Assembly (NCBI GenBank): GCA_039714075.1
Contig: JBDLKA010000002.1
Location: 1-64,000 of the forward strand
DNA length: 64,000 bases
From: Candidatus Krumholzibacteriota bacterium
GTDB lineage: Bacteria; Krumholzibacteriota; Krumholzibacteriia; LZORAL124-64-63
Reading direction: 5' to 3'
The notes beneath the pieces are model-generated. The model was not told the DNA's origin. It ran no database searches and saw nothing but the letters and a program-made list of their open reading frames with translations. The position numbers and the translations under genes were made by a program. This document shows, piece by piece, positions 19,723-29,726 of this stretch; position 1 is the stretch's first letter, and each line of letters opens with the position of its first letter.

Positions 19723-20985
19723 TTGGACCTTTTCCTGATTCTCTTGCTTCTGGGATTGTCCGCCGCGTTTTCCGGTTCGGAAACGGCGTTTTTTTCGCTG
19801 GGACCGGCGGACCTGGCCCGGATGGAAAAGGAAGGCTCCCGTCTGGGCCGGCGGGTCCTGTCCCTGCTGCGCCGCACCCATGATTTGCTGTCGGCCCTGT
19901 TGATCGGCAATCTTCTGGTGAATATCGCCGCCGGCGTGGTGGCGACCAGCCTGTGCCTGAAGTGGTTCGGACCGCGGGGGATCCTGGTGGCGGTTCCGGC
20001 CACGACGCTGGCCTTGCTCCTGCTGGGTGAAATCACCCCCAAGATGCTGGCCCTGCGTTTCAGGCAAAGGGTCGCCATGGTGGCCCAGGGTCCGCTGGGT
20101 ATCTGGCTGGCGGTGACCGGTCCGGCCCTGGTGGTCATCGGCGCCCTGGTGCGGCTCGTGCTCCACCTTCTGCCTTTCGAACGGACGGGAGCCACCAGGC
20201 TGACCACTGCGGAGCTGCGATCGGCCTGCGACCTGGCGGTCGAGGACGGCACCCTGACCGAAACCGAAGGTCGTTCCCTGGCCCGGCTGCTGCAGTTGGA
20301 GGACCTGGAGGTTTTCCACATCATGACGCCGCGGACGTCCGTGGTGGCCTTGCGCCGGGACATGTCCCTGCGGCAGATCCTGGGCACCGCCCGGCGCGCG
20401 GGCCTGAACCGCTATCCGGTGCTGGATACCGAGGGCGGACATCCGGTGGGCCTTTTTCATCTGAAGGATCTTTTGGCCTCGTCACCCGTTCCGGACCGGC
20501 CCCTGCTCGAAAATCTGCGCGAGATCCTGTTCGTTCCCGAAAGCAAGGACGTGGCCGCCCTGCTGACCGACATGCGGGACGGCCACACCCACCTGGCCGC
20601 GGTGGTGGACGAGCACGGCGATTTCACCGGCATCGTGACCTTGGCCGACTGCCTCCAGGCTCTCATGGGTTCGGTTGCCGACACCCAGGACAGGGCCCAG
20701 GAGATGATTCCCCTCGGCGGCGGCCGCTGGGTCATCAGCGGCCGGACCGATTTGCGTGAGTTGGAGGAAAATTGCGGCCTCAGTCTGCCGGCCAGCCGGG
20801 ATTACGTGACGGTGGCGGGTTTTTTGATGACCCGCCTGGGCCGGGTCCTGCAGACGGGGGACCGCGTGACCCTGCCGGCGGCCCGGCTTTCGGTGCTGGA
20901 AATGAGCGGCCACCGGGTGGACCGCATCCAGGTGACCCTGCTGGACGATGAACGCGTCGCCGCGAAAATGCGGGGTGGGCCATGA
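19723..20985 (+). CDS. Hemolysin-family CNNM/CBS/CorC membrane protein
   Basis: SAAFSGSETAFFSL, LLIGNLLVN, GEITPK, IMTPR, VVDEHG..GIVTL, C-terminal transporter-associated domain. Confidence 0.9.
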   Translation: MDLFLILLLLGLSAAFSGSETAFFSLGPADLARMEKEGSRLGRRVLSLLRRTHDLLSALLIGNLLVNIAAGVVATSLCLKWFGPRGILVAVPATTLALLLLGEITPKMLALRFRQRVAMVAQGPLGIWLAVTGPALVVIGALVRLVLHLLPFERTGATRLTTAELRSACDLAVEDGTLTETEGRSLARLLQLEDLEVFHIMTPRTSVVALRRDMSLRQILGTARRAGLNRYPVLDTEGGHPVGLFHLKDLLASSPVPDRPLLENLREILFVPESKDVAALLTDMRDGHTHLAAVVDEHGDFTGIVTLADCLQALMGSVADTQDRAQEMIPLGGGRWVISGRTDLRELEENCGLSLPASRDYVTVAGFLMTRLGRVLQTGDRVTLPAARLSVLEMSGHRVDRIQVTLLDDERVAAKMRGGP

Positions 20986-22040
20986 ACCTGAACTTCGTCG
21001 GGATGACGGTCATGGGACCTTTCTGGGTGATCGGCCTGGGAGCGTTCAGCCTGGTTATGACCGCCTTTTTTTCCGGGTGTGAAACCGGCTACATGAGTGT
21101 CAGCCGCGTGCGGCTGCGCAAGCGCCCCGCTTCCGACAGCGCGTCAGTGAAAAGGCTGCAGTCGCAGTTGCGCCGGATCGAAGACCCCATCCTGACCTGC
21201 CTGATCGGGACCAATCTTTTCAATGTCTTTTTCACCGCCCTGGTCACCGCCGAGTTCTCCACCCGGTTCGGGGCCCAGGGGGAGTGGCTCGCCCTGGGCG
21301 TGGTTTCGGTCCTGGTGATCCTGTTCGGGGAAATCCTGCCCAAGGTCGTGTACCGGGAATATCCGGAGATGATGACCCTGGCCTCGGCGCCGGCCATTTC
21401 AGGGGCCATGGGTCTGCTGCTGCCCGTCCGTTGGCTGCTCCGGGGGTATACGTCCCTGTGGAACCGCCTGCTCCCGGATCATGATTCCGGCAGCGGGTAT
21501 CTGAACCGGCGGAGTCTGGCCGCCCTGCTGTTGACCAACACCGTGCCCAACGAAAACGACCAGCGTTTCGCCGAGACCTTGGATCGTTTTCTGGAACTGG
21601 AAGGACACCTGCTTTCGAACAGCATGCGGCCCCTGGACAGCCTGGTAACCGTCGGACCGGAGGTCACGGTAGCGGAGTGCCTGGCGGCGGCCGCCGGCTC
21701 GGGGTTCAGCCGGTTGCCGGTCACGCGGGAGGATGGTCGCGACCTGCAGGGGTATGTCCTGGTGCGCGACCTGATGTTCCTGCCCCTTGCCGATCATGAA
21801 AATGTCCTGCCGCGAAAATTCATCCGTCCGTTTTTGCTGGTGGACGAACGCATGTCCCCGTATGAACTTTTCGAGGAACTGCGCAGCCAGGGCCGGCAAC
21901 TCGCAGTGGTCGTGGACGGGATCGGGAACCCTTTGGGGATGATCACGCTTGAAGATCTGATTGAAACCGTCATCGGCTCGATCCAGGACGAGTTCGATCC
22001 GCCCGCGGGCCCGGATGATCCGGCAGCCCCGCAATCATGA
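20982..22040 (+). CDS. CNNM/CBS domain membrane protein (second paralog, no CorC domain)
   Basis: AFFSGCETG, LIGTN, FGEILPK, FSRLPV, GMITLEDLIE..IGSIQDEFD. Confidence 0.88.
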   Translation: MNLNFVGMTVMGPFWVIGLGAFSLVMTAFFSGCETGYMSVSRVRLRKRPASDSASVKRLQSQLRRIEDPILTCLIGTNLFNVFFTALVTAEFSTRFGAQGEWLALGVVSVLVILFGEILPKVVYREYPEMMTLASAPAISGAMGLLLPVRWLLRGYTSLWNRLLPDHDSGSGYLNRRSLAALLLTNTVPNENDQRFAETLDRFLELEGHLLSNSMRPLDSLVTVGPEVTVAECLAAAAGSGFSRLPVTREDGRDLQGYVLVRDLMFLPLADHENVLPRKFIRPFLLVDERMSPYELFEELRSQGRQLAVVVDGIGNPLGMITLEDLIETVIGSIQDEFDPPAGPDDPAAPQS

Positions 22041-22059
22041 AGCCACGAAAGGAATGACC

Positions 22060-22419
22060 ATGGGTAGCAACGGCATGAGCAAGCACGATCACATCCTGGC
22101 GGGACTGGTTTTCAGTCTGCAGGCGGCAACCATGCAACAGCTGGGCAAGATCCAGAATCCCATGACGGGGGAAATCGAAAAGGACCTGGAGCAGGCCAAG
22201 GGCAGCATCGACATCCTGGAGATGCTCAAGGCCAAGTGCCGGACCGACACCCCCGAGGAATTGCTGCGCATGATCGACAGCGCCGTGATGGACCTGCAGT
22301 TGAACTACATGGATGAAATGAAAAAATCGACGGCCGCGGAAAACGGGGAGACCCAGGACCAGGACGAAACCGCCGATGAGGCGGATGGGGAAAAAACCGG
22401 GGACGAGGCGGACGGTTGA
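22060..22419 (+). CDS. DUF1844 family protein
   Basis: QQLGKIQNPMTGE...DLEQAK..IDILEMLKAK; RBS AAAGGA. Confidence 0.8.
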   Translation: MGSNGMSKHDHILAGLVFSLQAATMQQLGKIQNPMTGEIEKDLEQAKGSIDILEMLKAKCRTDTPEELLRMIDSAVMDLQLNYMDEMKKSTAAENGETQDQDETADEADGEKTGDEADG

Positions 22420-23891
22420 GATATTTCCCCCTGGCATTGCTGATCCTGTTTTGCGCCGCGCCGGTGACGGCCCAGCCCGCAGACCAGCCGTCCGGACCCG
22501 TCGATCCGGTAGGCGTCATCCCTTCCAATCATCAGGATTCCGCCCGTCTGACGTTCCTGTCCTCGGCGGTCATGCCCGCGGACGGACTGTGGAGCATGGG
22601 TGTGGGTGGGCGGACCTACAGCACGGTCTATCTGGTCAACGGGTTCCTGCACCGGGTCAGCCAGAAAGATGTCTTTCTCCAGACCGAAGTTGCCCTTTTG
22701 CCCTGGCTGAACGTGTGGGGCGAAGTGCCCTGGCGGATGTGGTCCGACGGCGCCGACTTCATCCCAACGACAGGTTCAGGATTGGGGGACGGCCGGTGGC
22801 AGATCAGCCTGGGGCGTCCGGTCATGGAAAGGCTGCTACATGTTGCGCTGACCGGCGGCGGCAACATCCCGGTGGGCGACAAGGGCAACGGCCTGACCGA
22901 AGGAGTGTTCTCCCCACGTGCCGGGGCGGCCCTGACCTTCCGGTTCTGGACGGACAACCAGGTTCCTGAAATGCGGGTGCACCTGAACGCCTGGTACCGC
23001 TGGAACAAGGCCGAACAGGACGGGTACGGCATGGGCTCGGGGGGCTTCCAGCCCTGGCCTCCCCGCTACCAGTCGGCCGCGGTGGCCGGGGGGACCGACC
23101 GGAACGACGCCCTGACCCTGGGCGGCGCCGTGGAGTTCCGCAAGGGCACGACCAGTCTCTGGCTGGAATACAGCCAGGAAAGATTCCAGGACAACGGCAC
23201 GGTCGCACATGGCGAACAGTTGCGGCTGCTCGGGGCGGGGTTGCGCTGGGGCGTGGTCGAGGGCTGGGCCCTGCACGGCAACTACCTGTTGTCCCTGGCC
23301 AACGACGACGAGGCGACCGACTGGTTCCCCGCCTACCCCGATTGGCTGATGAGCGTGGCCGCCTCGTGGCAGTTTTCCATCGGCGGCGGTGATGGTGACG
23401 GGGACGGTATCGTCGATCGCAGGGACGAATGCCCCGACGTGCCGGAGGATGCGGACGGTTGGCGCGACGCGGACGGTTGTCCGGAGTACGACAATGACAT
23501 GGATGGAATTCACGACCCTCGGGACGGCGCCCCGGACGAGCCCGAGGATTTCGACGGCTTCCAGGATGAGGACGGCATTCCCGATCGCGACAACGACGGC
23601 GACGGCATCCTCGACCGCAAGGATCTGTGCCCCGACCAGCCCGAAGATTTCGACGGCCACAACGACGACGACGGCTGCCCCGACGACTTCAAGGACGCCG
23701 ACAGCGATGGTGTCGAAGACGACCGCGACAACTGTCCCGACGATCCCGAGGACATCGACGGTTTCGAGGATGAAGATGGTTGCCCCGATTTGGACAACGA
23801 CCTGGACGGCATTCCCGATGCTGAAGACGGTTGTCCCGATGATGCTGAGGATTACGATGGAGATGCGGATAAGGATGGGTGCCCGGATTAA
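22416..23891 (+). CDS. Outer-membrane beta-barrel-like protein with thrombospondin type 3 (Ca-binding) repeats
   Basis: TTG start, signal peptide, amphipathic beta-strand region (GSGLGD...), Asp-rich repeats at the C-terminus. Confidence 0.75.
   Translation: MRYFPLALLILFCAAPVTAQPADQPSGPVDPVGVIPSNHQDSARLTFLSSAVMPADGLWSMGVGGRTYSTVYLVNGFLHRVSQKDVFLQTEVALLPWLNVWGEVPWRMWSDGADFIPTTGSGLGDGRWQISLGRPVMERLLHVALTGGGNIPVGDKGNGLTEGVFSPRAGAALTFRFWTDNQVPEMRVHLNAWYRWNKAEQDGYGMGSGGFQPWPPRYQSAAVAGGTDRNDALTLGGAVEFRKGTTSLWLEYSQERFQDNGTVAHGEQLRLLGAGLRWGVVEGWALHGNYLLSLANDDEATDWFPAYPDWLMSVAASWQFSIGGGDGDGDGIVDRRDECPDVPEDADGWRDADGCPEYDNDMDGIHDPRDGAPDEPEDFDGFQDEDGIPDRDNDGDGILDRKDLCPDQPEDFDGHNDDDGCPDDFKDADSDGVEDDRDNCPDDPEDIDGFEDEDGCPDLDNDLDGIPDAEDGCPDDAEDYDGDADKDGCPD
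23391..23888 (+). repeat. Five ~33-aa TSP3-like repeats
   Basis: DxDxDG(I/V)xDxxDx(C/A)PDx(P/A)EDxDGxxDxDG(C/I)P unit repeated five times. Confidence 0.9.
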
Positions 23892-23900
23892 CGTGGCAGT

Positions 23901-24045
23901 TGCCTTGTCGGATCCTGCCCCTCGTCTGTCGGGAAAATTGGGATACTCCGCAGGGCGCGTTCCATACTCCCCATCGGTAGAGGCTTTCCAGCCCGAGGAC
24001 CTTCCCAATTTTTCCGACAGACGAGGGGCAGGATCCGACAAAGCA
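23901..24045. mobile_element. MITE/REPIN-like element with 43-bp inverted repeats
   Basis: 23901-23943 and 24003-24045 are reverse complements with 2 mismatches; 59-bp spacer; lies between convergent genes. Confidence 0.65.
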
Positions 24046-24058
24046 CCCGCCAAGTCGA

Positions 24059-24850
24059 TCAGGACAGCTTCTTTTTCGCTTCCTGCCAGGAAGCCTCCAG
24101 GGCTTCGATACCCGCATCCTTCATTTCGATATTTCTCGCGTTGAAGTCCTCTTCTACCAAATGGAAACGGGCTCGGAAGCGTTTGTTGGCCTGGCGGAGG
24201 GCCATGTCTGGTTGGACCTTGTGCCAGCGGGCCAGATTGACGATCGAGAAGAGTAAATCGCCCAGTTCGTGCTGGATGGCGTCCGCATCACCGCTGGAAA
24301 TGGCTTCTTCGAATTCGCCTAGTTCCTCGTCCAGTTTTGCGCGAACTCCCTTGATGTCGGGCCAATCGAAACCGTGGTCGGCGGCGGCGTCCTGGTAGAC
24401 GTAGGCCTGGTGCAAAGGGGCGGTGGCGGCGGGCATGTCCTTCAGGACGGACTCGCCGTCTGGGTCGATGCCCTTGGCACGTTTTTCCTCGCGCTTGATG
24501 GCGTTCCAGCGCTCCTGGCTTTCTTCGGTGTCGCGCGCCTCGGAGTCGCCGAAGACGTGGGGGTGGCGGCGGATGAGTTTTTCGTTTCCCTGCCGCGCTA
24601 TTTCATGCATGTCGACCGGTTCGGTCTCATTCAGGATTTCCGTGCAGAAACAGGTCATGAACAACAGGTCCGCCAGTTCCTCCTTCGCTCCCGGCATGTC
24701 GTCGGCCAGGGTGGCCTCGACCAGTTCGGCGGCCTCGTCCATCAGATAGCGGGCGGCGTTGTGGAGGGTCTGTTTTTGGTCCCAGGGACACCCGCCGGGC
24801 GCGCGCAGGGTGTGGATGGTGGCCAGAAGCTCTTCGAAGTGGCGGGGCAT
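24059..24850 (-). CDS. mazG: Nucleoside triphosphate pyrophosphohydrolase MazG
   Basis: LRAPGGCPWDQKQT, EELADLL, KLIRRHPHVF, GFDW, ELGDLLF, ANKRFRARF. Confidence 0.95.
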   Translation of the reverse strand: MPRHFEELLATIHTLRAPGGCPWDQKQTLHNAARYLMDEAAELVEATLADDMPGAKEELADLLFMTCFCTEILNETEPVDMHEIARQGNEKLIRRHPHVFGDSEARDTEESQERWNAIKREEKRAKGIDPDGESVLKDMPAATAPLHQAYVYQDAAADHGFDWPDIKGVRAKLDEELGEFEEAISSGDADAIQHELGDLLFSIVNLARWHKVQPDMALRQANKRFRARFHLVEEDFNARNIEMKDAGIEALEASWQEAKKKLS

Positions 24851-25009
24851 GGAAATCCTTTCCGCATGATCCGGAAACGTGAACTTGAATCAGTCCAAAT
24901 TAATTCACATTGTCGGTACGGCAAACCTCTGTTATTCTCTTCGACTGCCAAATCCTTCAAGGGAATGTGTTTTGGGACCCGTTTCATTCGCCGGATGGAG
25001 CCTTGAAAA

Positions 25010-27793
25010 TTGACCGAGTGGATCCGCATCAAAGGCGCGCGCCAGCACAACCTGCGCAACGTCGACGTTGATTTTCCCCGCGGGGTGATGACCTCGGTTT
25101 CGGGCGTGTCCGGTTCCGGGAAATCCTCCCTGGTGTTCGACACCCTGTACGCCGAGGGCCAGCGTTGCTACGTGGAATCCCTGTCCACCTACGCCCGCCA
25201 GTTCCTGGCCCGGCTGCCCAAGCCCGATGTGGACTGGATCGACGGGATCAGCCCCGCCATCGCCATCGAACAGCGCAACGCCGTCACCAGCGGCCGCAGC
25301 ACCGTGGGCACCGTCACGGAGATCAACGACTATCTGCGGGTCCTGTGGGCCCGGGCCGGCAAGGTGATTTGCCCCGACTGTGAAATCACGGTGGATCGCC
25401 AGACTCCCGAATCGGTCTGGCGGGCCATTCGGAAGACCCATTCCGCGGGAACCCTGTTGCTGGTCTGCTATCCGCTGCCCTTTTCCGAAGCGGGCCCCGC
25501 GGTCGGCTGGTGGGAGTCGTTGCTGGCCCAGGGTTTCCAACGGGCCGTCCTGGACGGGGTCACCGTGAAACTGGACGACCCGGCCGTGGAAAAACTGTCC
25601 CCGCCGGACGCCGGTTCGACCGTGGACGTGGTTGTGGACCGCCTCAAGCTGGGCCCCAAAATCCGTTCGCGTTTCATCGAGGCGATCGAACTGGCTTTCG
25701 GGCAGTCCGGCGGGCTGGCCGCCGTGCGGGTCCGGGACAGCGAGGCGCGGGACGAATTCTCCAGCGACCTGCGCTGCAACGGCTGCAACCGCGTCTTTCC
25801 CGAGCCGACGCCGCGCCTGTTCTCCTTCAACTCTCCCGAGGGCGCCTGCCCGGCCTGCAACGGTTTCGGGAACCGACTGGAATTCGACGAGGAAAAAATC
25901 ATTCCCGACTCGAGCCTTACCCTGCGTGACGGCGCGGTCAAACCCTGGAGCACCGAAAGCTTTTCCCGCGAGTTCACCGGCCTGCTGCGCTTTTGCGCCC
26001 GGAAGAAGATCCCCTCCGACAAACCCTTCCACAAGCTGACCCGCAAGCAGCAACTGCTGGTCCTGGAGGGCGGCGACAAGACCTATCCCGGAACCATTCC
26101 CTTCCTGGAGAAGATGCGGCGGGAAATGAAGAAGGGGCACCACCGGTTTTTCACCCGGCGCTACATGGGGGACACGCTGTGTCGGGCCTGCGGCGGCAGC
26201 CGGCTGCGCCCCGAGGCCCTGGCGGTCAAGGTGAAGGGGATGGATCTGGGCCTGGTGGGCGGCCTCTCGGTGGAGGAATCATTGACCAGGCTGGAGAAAG
26301 TCCGCCTGTCCAAGAGTGCGCTGGCGGTGGCGGGCGAGGTTCGGGACGAGGTTCTCCACCGCCTGCGGTTTTTGAACCGGGTGGGGCTGGGTTATCTGAC
26401 CCTGGACCGTCTGACCCGGACCCTGTCCGGGGGCGAGGCCCAGCGGATCCATCTGGCCAATGCGCTGGGGGCCCGGCTGGTCGATACCCTGTACGTCCTG
26501 GACGAACCGACCTGCGGGTTGCACGCCGGCGATGTGGACCGCCTGATCGAAACCCTCGACGACCTGGTGGCGGGCGGCAACACCGTGGTGGTGGTCGAAC
26601 ACGACCTGGCCGTCCTGAAGGCCGCCGAACACTTCGTGGAACTGGGGCCGGGGGCCGGCACCAATGGAGGGGCGGTGGTTTTCCAGGGACCCCTGAAGGG
26701 TCTGCTGGACGGGGCCGATACCCTGACCGCCCGGCACCTGCGGGGCGAGATTCCCCAGCGGGAAGCGGGGCAACGGCGGGGCAAGGCCGAACGCTGGCTG
26801 ACGGTCAAGGGGGCCCGGCTGCACAATCTGCGGGAAATCGACGTCAAGATTCCCCTGCGACGGTTCGTGGCCCTGACGGGAATATCCGGCTCGGGCAAAA
26901 GCAGTCTCATGAACGGCGTCCTGTACGACGGACTGACCGCCCGCGTCGCGGGGGGATCGGGCCGGTCCTACCCTTTCACCTCCCTCCACGGAAGCCATGG
27001 CGTGGGCAAGGTTGTCCGGGTGGACCAGTCGCCCATCGGCAAGACCAGCCGGTCCAATCCCGCCACCTATCTCCAGGTCCTGGCGCCCATCCGTGACCTT
27101 TTCGCGGGGGTCAAGGAATCCCTGGCCCGGGGGTACGCACCCGGACGCTTCAGTTTCAACACGGCCGGTGGGCGCTGCTCGAATTGCCAGGGCATGGGCT
27201 ACCACCGGGTGGAAATGCAGTTCATGGCGGACATCACCGTGCCCTGCGAGGATTGCCGCGGAAGCCGCTTCAACGCCAGCACCCTGGAAATCCGCTACAA
27301 GGGGTTGAACATCGCTCAGGCCCTGGAAATGACCGTGGACGACGCCCTGAAGTTTTTCGGGGACGTGGCCGCCGTCAGCCAGCGGCTGTGGCTGCTGAAA
27401 AAAGTCGGTTTGGGGTACCTGACCCTGGGGCAGCCCGCGCCGACCCTTTCGGGAGGGGAAAGCCAGCGTTTGAAGGTGGCCCGCGAACTGGCCCTGCCCT
27501 CCGGCAAACACAACCTGTACCTACTGGACGAGCCGACCACCGGCCTCCACGCCGAAGACGTCCGGGCCCTGGTTAAGGTCCTGCACGAACTGGTGGACCG
27601 CGACCATTCGGTCCTGGTGATCGAACACAATCTGGATCTCATCTGCCAGGCCGACTGGGTGGTGGACCTGGGACCGGGGGGCGGGCGCCACGGAGGCTCG
27701 GTGGTGGCCCAGGGCTTCCCCGAAGAGGTCGCCAAGGTCGCTTCTTCGCTCACCGGGACCTTCCTGGCCCGGAAGCTGGCCGGCGAGGTCTGA
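25010..27793 (+). CDS. uvrA: Excinuclease ABC subunit A (UvrA family)
   Basis: GARQHNL, GVSGSGKSSL, YAEGQR.YVESLS.YARQFL, two LSGGE and LDEPT motifs, Zn fingers; TTG start with GGAG RBS. Confidence 0.93.
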   Translation: MTEWIRIKGARQHNLRNVDVDFPRGVMTSVSGVSGSGKSSLVFDTLYAEGQRCYVESLSTYARQFLARLPKPDVDWIDGISPAIAIEQRNAVTSGRSTVGTVTEINDYLRVLWARAGKVICPDCEITVDRQTPESVWRAIRKTHSAGTLLLVCYPLPFSEAGPAVGWWESLLAQGFQRAVLDGVTVKLDDPAVEKLSPPDAGSTVDVVVDRLKLGPKIRSRFIEAIELAFGQSGGLAAVRVRDSEARDEFSSDLRCNGCNRVFPEPTPRLFSFNSPEGACPACNGFGNRLEFDEEKIIPDSSLTLRDGAVKPWSTESFSREFTGLLRFCARKKIPSDKPFHKLTRKQQLLVLEGGDKTYPGTIPFLEKMRREMKKGHHRFFTRRYMGDTLCRACGGSRLRPEALAVKVKGMDLGLVGGLSVEESLTRLEKVRLSKSALAVAGEVRDEVLHRLRFLNRVGLGYLTLDRLTRTLSGGEAQRIHLANALGARLVDTLYVLDEPTCGLHAGDVDRLIETLDDLVAGGNTVVVVEHDLAVLKAAEHFVELGPGAGTNGGAVVFQGPLKGLLDGADTLTARHLRGEIPQREAGQRRGKAERWLTVKGARLHNLREIDVKIPLRRFVALTGISGSGKSSLMNGVLYDGLTARVAGGSGRSYPFTSLHGSHGVGKVVRVDQSPIGKTSRSNPATYLQVLAPIRDLFAGVKESLARGYAPGRFSFNTAGGRCSNCQGMGYHRVEMQFMADITVPCEDCRGSRFNASTLEIRYKGLNIAQALEMTVDDALKFFGDVAAVSQRLWLLKKVGLGYLTLGQPAPTLSGGESQRLKVARELALPSGKHNLYLLDEPTTGLHAEDVRALVKVLHELVDRDHSVLVIEHNLDLICQADWVVDLGPGGGRHGGSVVAQGFPEEVAKVASSLTGTFLARKLAGEV

Positions 27794-27811
27794 TTCCCCT
27801 GCTGACATCTC

Positions 27812-27827
27812 TGGCATATCCCTTGCA
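27812..27827 (+). promoter_or_regulatory. Sigma-54-type -24/-12 promoter
   Basis: TGGCATATCCCTTGCA: GG-N10-GC with TGGCA and TTGCA boxes, intergenic upstream of the histidine kinase. Confidence 0.55.
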
Positions 27828-27948
27828 AATCCCTGCGGGACCGGGCCCCAAGTCCTGGTCCTGGATCAACACGAAACGCAATAAGTTTTTTAAAAACAAA
27901 AGGTTATAGATTCCATCCCGGAATCGGGGAAATCCCGAGGGGGAAATT

Positions 27949-29187
27949 TTGCCAGCGGTTGTCAAAATCAATGACCAAAAGGTATCCGGTCGCCCGAAAT
28001 CCGGCCTGCCGGAATCGGTCCGCTCCCTGACCCATGATCTCCGCACGCCTTTGACCTCGGTGAAATCCAGCCTGGATCTCGTTTTGAAGGGTGAAGCGGG
28101 TGGAGTCACTCCTGAACAGCGCCATTTCCTGGGTCTTGCCCTGCGGAATATCGACCGCCTGGACCGGATGATCGAGGGCGTGCTGACGGCCGCCAGGCCC
28201 GGTGACCAATCTCAGGGGATCAGGCGCCGGGAAGTGGATCTGGGGCCCATCCTGAAGGATACGGCCAGCCTGCACCGGGTGACGGCCACCGCCCGCGGTC
28301 TGGAAATCGATGACTCGGGCCTGCCGGACAGCTTCAGGGCGCAGGTGGATTCCGATCTGGTGGTCCGCATGCTCGACAACGTTTTGGGCAACGCCCTGAA
28401 ATACACCCGGCCCGGCGGGCTGGTGCGGGTCTGGCTGGAAACGGGATGTGCGCGCCCCAGGAGCCTCGCCGGCAGGTTGGCCAGGCACTGCGGGCTGCCC
28501 CTGGCCACCTTCAACCTCATCGTCGAGGACAACGGTCCGGGACTCAGTTCCTCGGTCCAAAGCCGCATCTTCGAGCCCTTCAACAGCGGCTCCGGCCACG
28601 ATCCGGCGAAAGCCGCGGGAACGGGCCTCGGCCTTTCCATCACCCGGAGGTTGGCGGAGGCCCACGGCGGAACGGTCCGTCTGATCAGTCTTCCGGGTCG
28701 TGGAACCACCGTCTGGATCAAACTGCCCCGGGATGTCGCTTCAGGCCACCTGCAACAAACCGTGGGGCAACTGGAAGCGGCTCTGGCCGGCGGTTCCCCC
28801 AATGATGTCCAGCCCCTCCTGGGCGTCCTGGATCTGCGCCAGGGCCCGTCCGAAGGCTGTGGCGCCGGTTCGTCGGCGGATGAATTTTTTGCCGGTGAAC
28901 GGGCCGTTGGCTCCCGGTGCTGGGAGTTGGCCCCCGGCCTGTGGGTGGCCACGGTCATGGATCCGGTCAACTGGAGCCGTCGCTGGACCCTTTTCGCCGC
29001 CCGCAAGGGCATGGGCCTGGAGACCGTCCGGTGGGAATACCTGGCCTTCGACAATCAGGAAGAACGGGCCATTCCCCGCCGTTTCGGGGAACAACGGGAA
29101 ACAATGGTCAACCCGGAAGATTGCGGGCCGATGATAGGTGGAGAACTTGCCCATCGGCATACTGTCGATAAACCGGAGGATGGATGA
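27949..29187 (+). CDS. Cytoplasmic histidine kinase (HisKA + HATPase) without N-terminal sensor
   Basis: THDLRTPLTSVK H-box, NVLGNALKYT N-box, VEDNGPGL, IFEPF, GTGLGLSI. Confidence 0.88.
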   Translation: MPAVVKINDQKVSGRPKSGLPESVRSLTHDLRTPLTSVKSSLDLVLKGEAGGVTPEQRHFLGLALRNIDRLDRMIEGVLTAARPGDQSQGIRRREVDLGPILKDTASLHRVTATARGLEIDDSGLPDSFRAQVDSDLVVRMLDNVLGNALKYTRPGGLVRVWLETGCARPRSLAGRLARHCGLPLATFNLIVEDNGPGLSSSVQSRIFEPFNSGSGHDPAKAAGTGLGLSITRRLAEAHGGTVRLISLPGRGTTVWIKLPRDVASGHLQQTVGQLEAALAGGSPNDVQPLLGVLDLRQGPSEGCGAGSSADEFFAGERAVGSRCWELAPGLWVATVMDPVNWSRRWTLFAARKGMGLETVRWEYLAFDNQEERAIPRRFGEQRETMVNPEDCGPMIGGELAHRHTVDKPEDG

Positions 29188-29591
29188 TGGACCGCGCCTT
29201 ACGGATTCTCATCGTGGATGACGAACCCGATATCCTGGAAACGCTCGAATACAGCCTGGCCAACAAGGGTTACGAGGTCGCCACCGCCCTGGACGGCCTC
29301 GAAGGGCTGGACAAGGCCAAACGCTTTCCCCCGGACTTCATGATCCTGGATGTCATGCTTCCCGGCTGCAACGGTTACGAAGTCAGCCGCATGCTCAAGG
29401 AATGGATGGAAAACGATCCGGAGGCCAAAGCTTTCCCGATCATGCTGTTGACCGCCCGCAAGGTGGATTCCCACGACCGGGAAAAATTCATCGCCACCTG
29501 GTCCCGGGCCGATGCCTGTCTCTACAAACCCTTTGAACTGGACGATGTCGTCAATACGATTTCCGAATTGGCCTCCAATACCGCCAGTTGA
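29184..29591 (+). CDS. Single-domain response regulator (receiver)
   Basis: ILIVDDE, ILDVMLP, LLTA, KPF. Confidence 0.92.
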   Translation: MMDRALRILIVDDEPDILETLEYSLANKGYEVATALDGLEGLDKAKRFPPDFMILDVMLPGCNGYEVSRMLKEWMENDPEAKAFPIMLLTARKVDSHDREKFIATWSRADACLYKPFELDDVVNTISELASNTAS

Positions 29592-29726
29592 CCTGTCGCC
29601 GGGCCCGTCATACCGACCGCCCGGCGTCTGTCTGCCCGGCAGGGTCTAAAAATCCCACCGGCGGCTTGACAATCGATTCCCTGCGGTGTTTTATTCCCTT
29701 CCCGCTGCAAGCGGATACGGTTTGGT

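Noticed and set aside
23391..23888. CRISPR array or DNA tandem repeat
   Set aside because: The repeats are degenerate in-frame protein repeats; no CRISPR array or cas genes were seen anywhere in the window.
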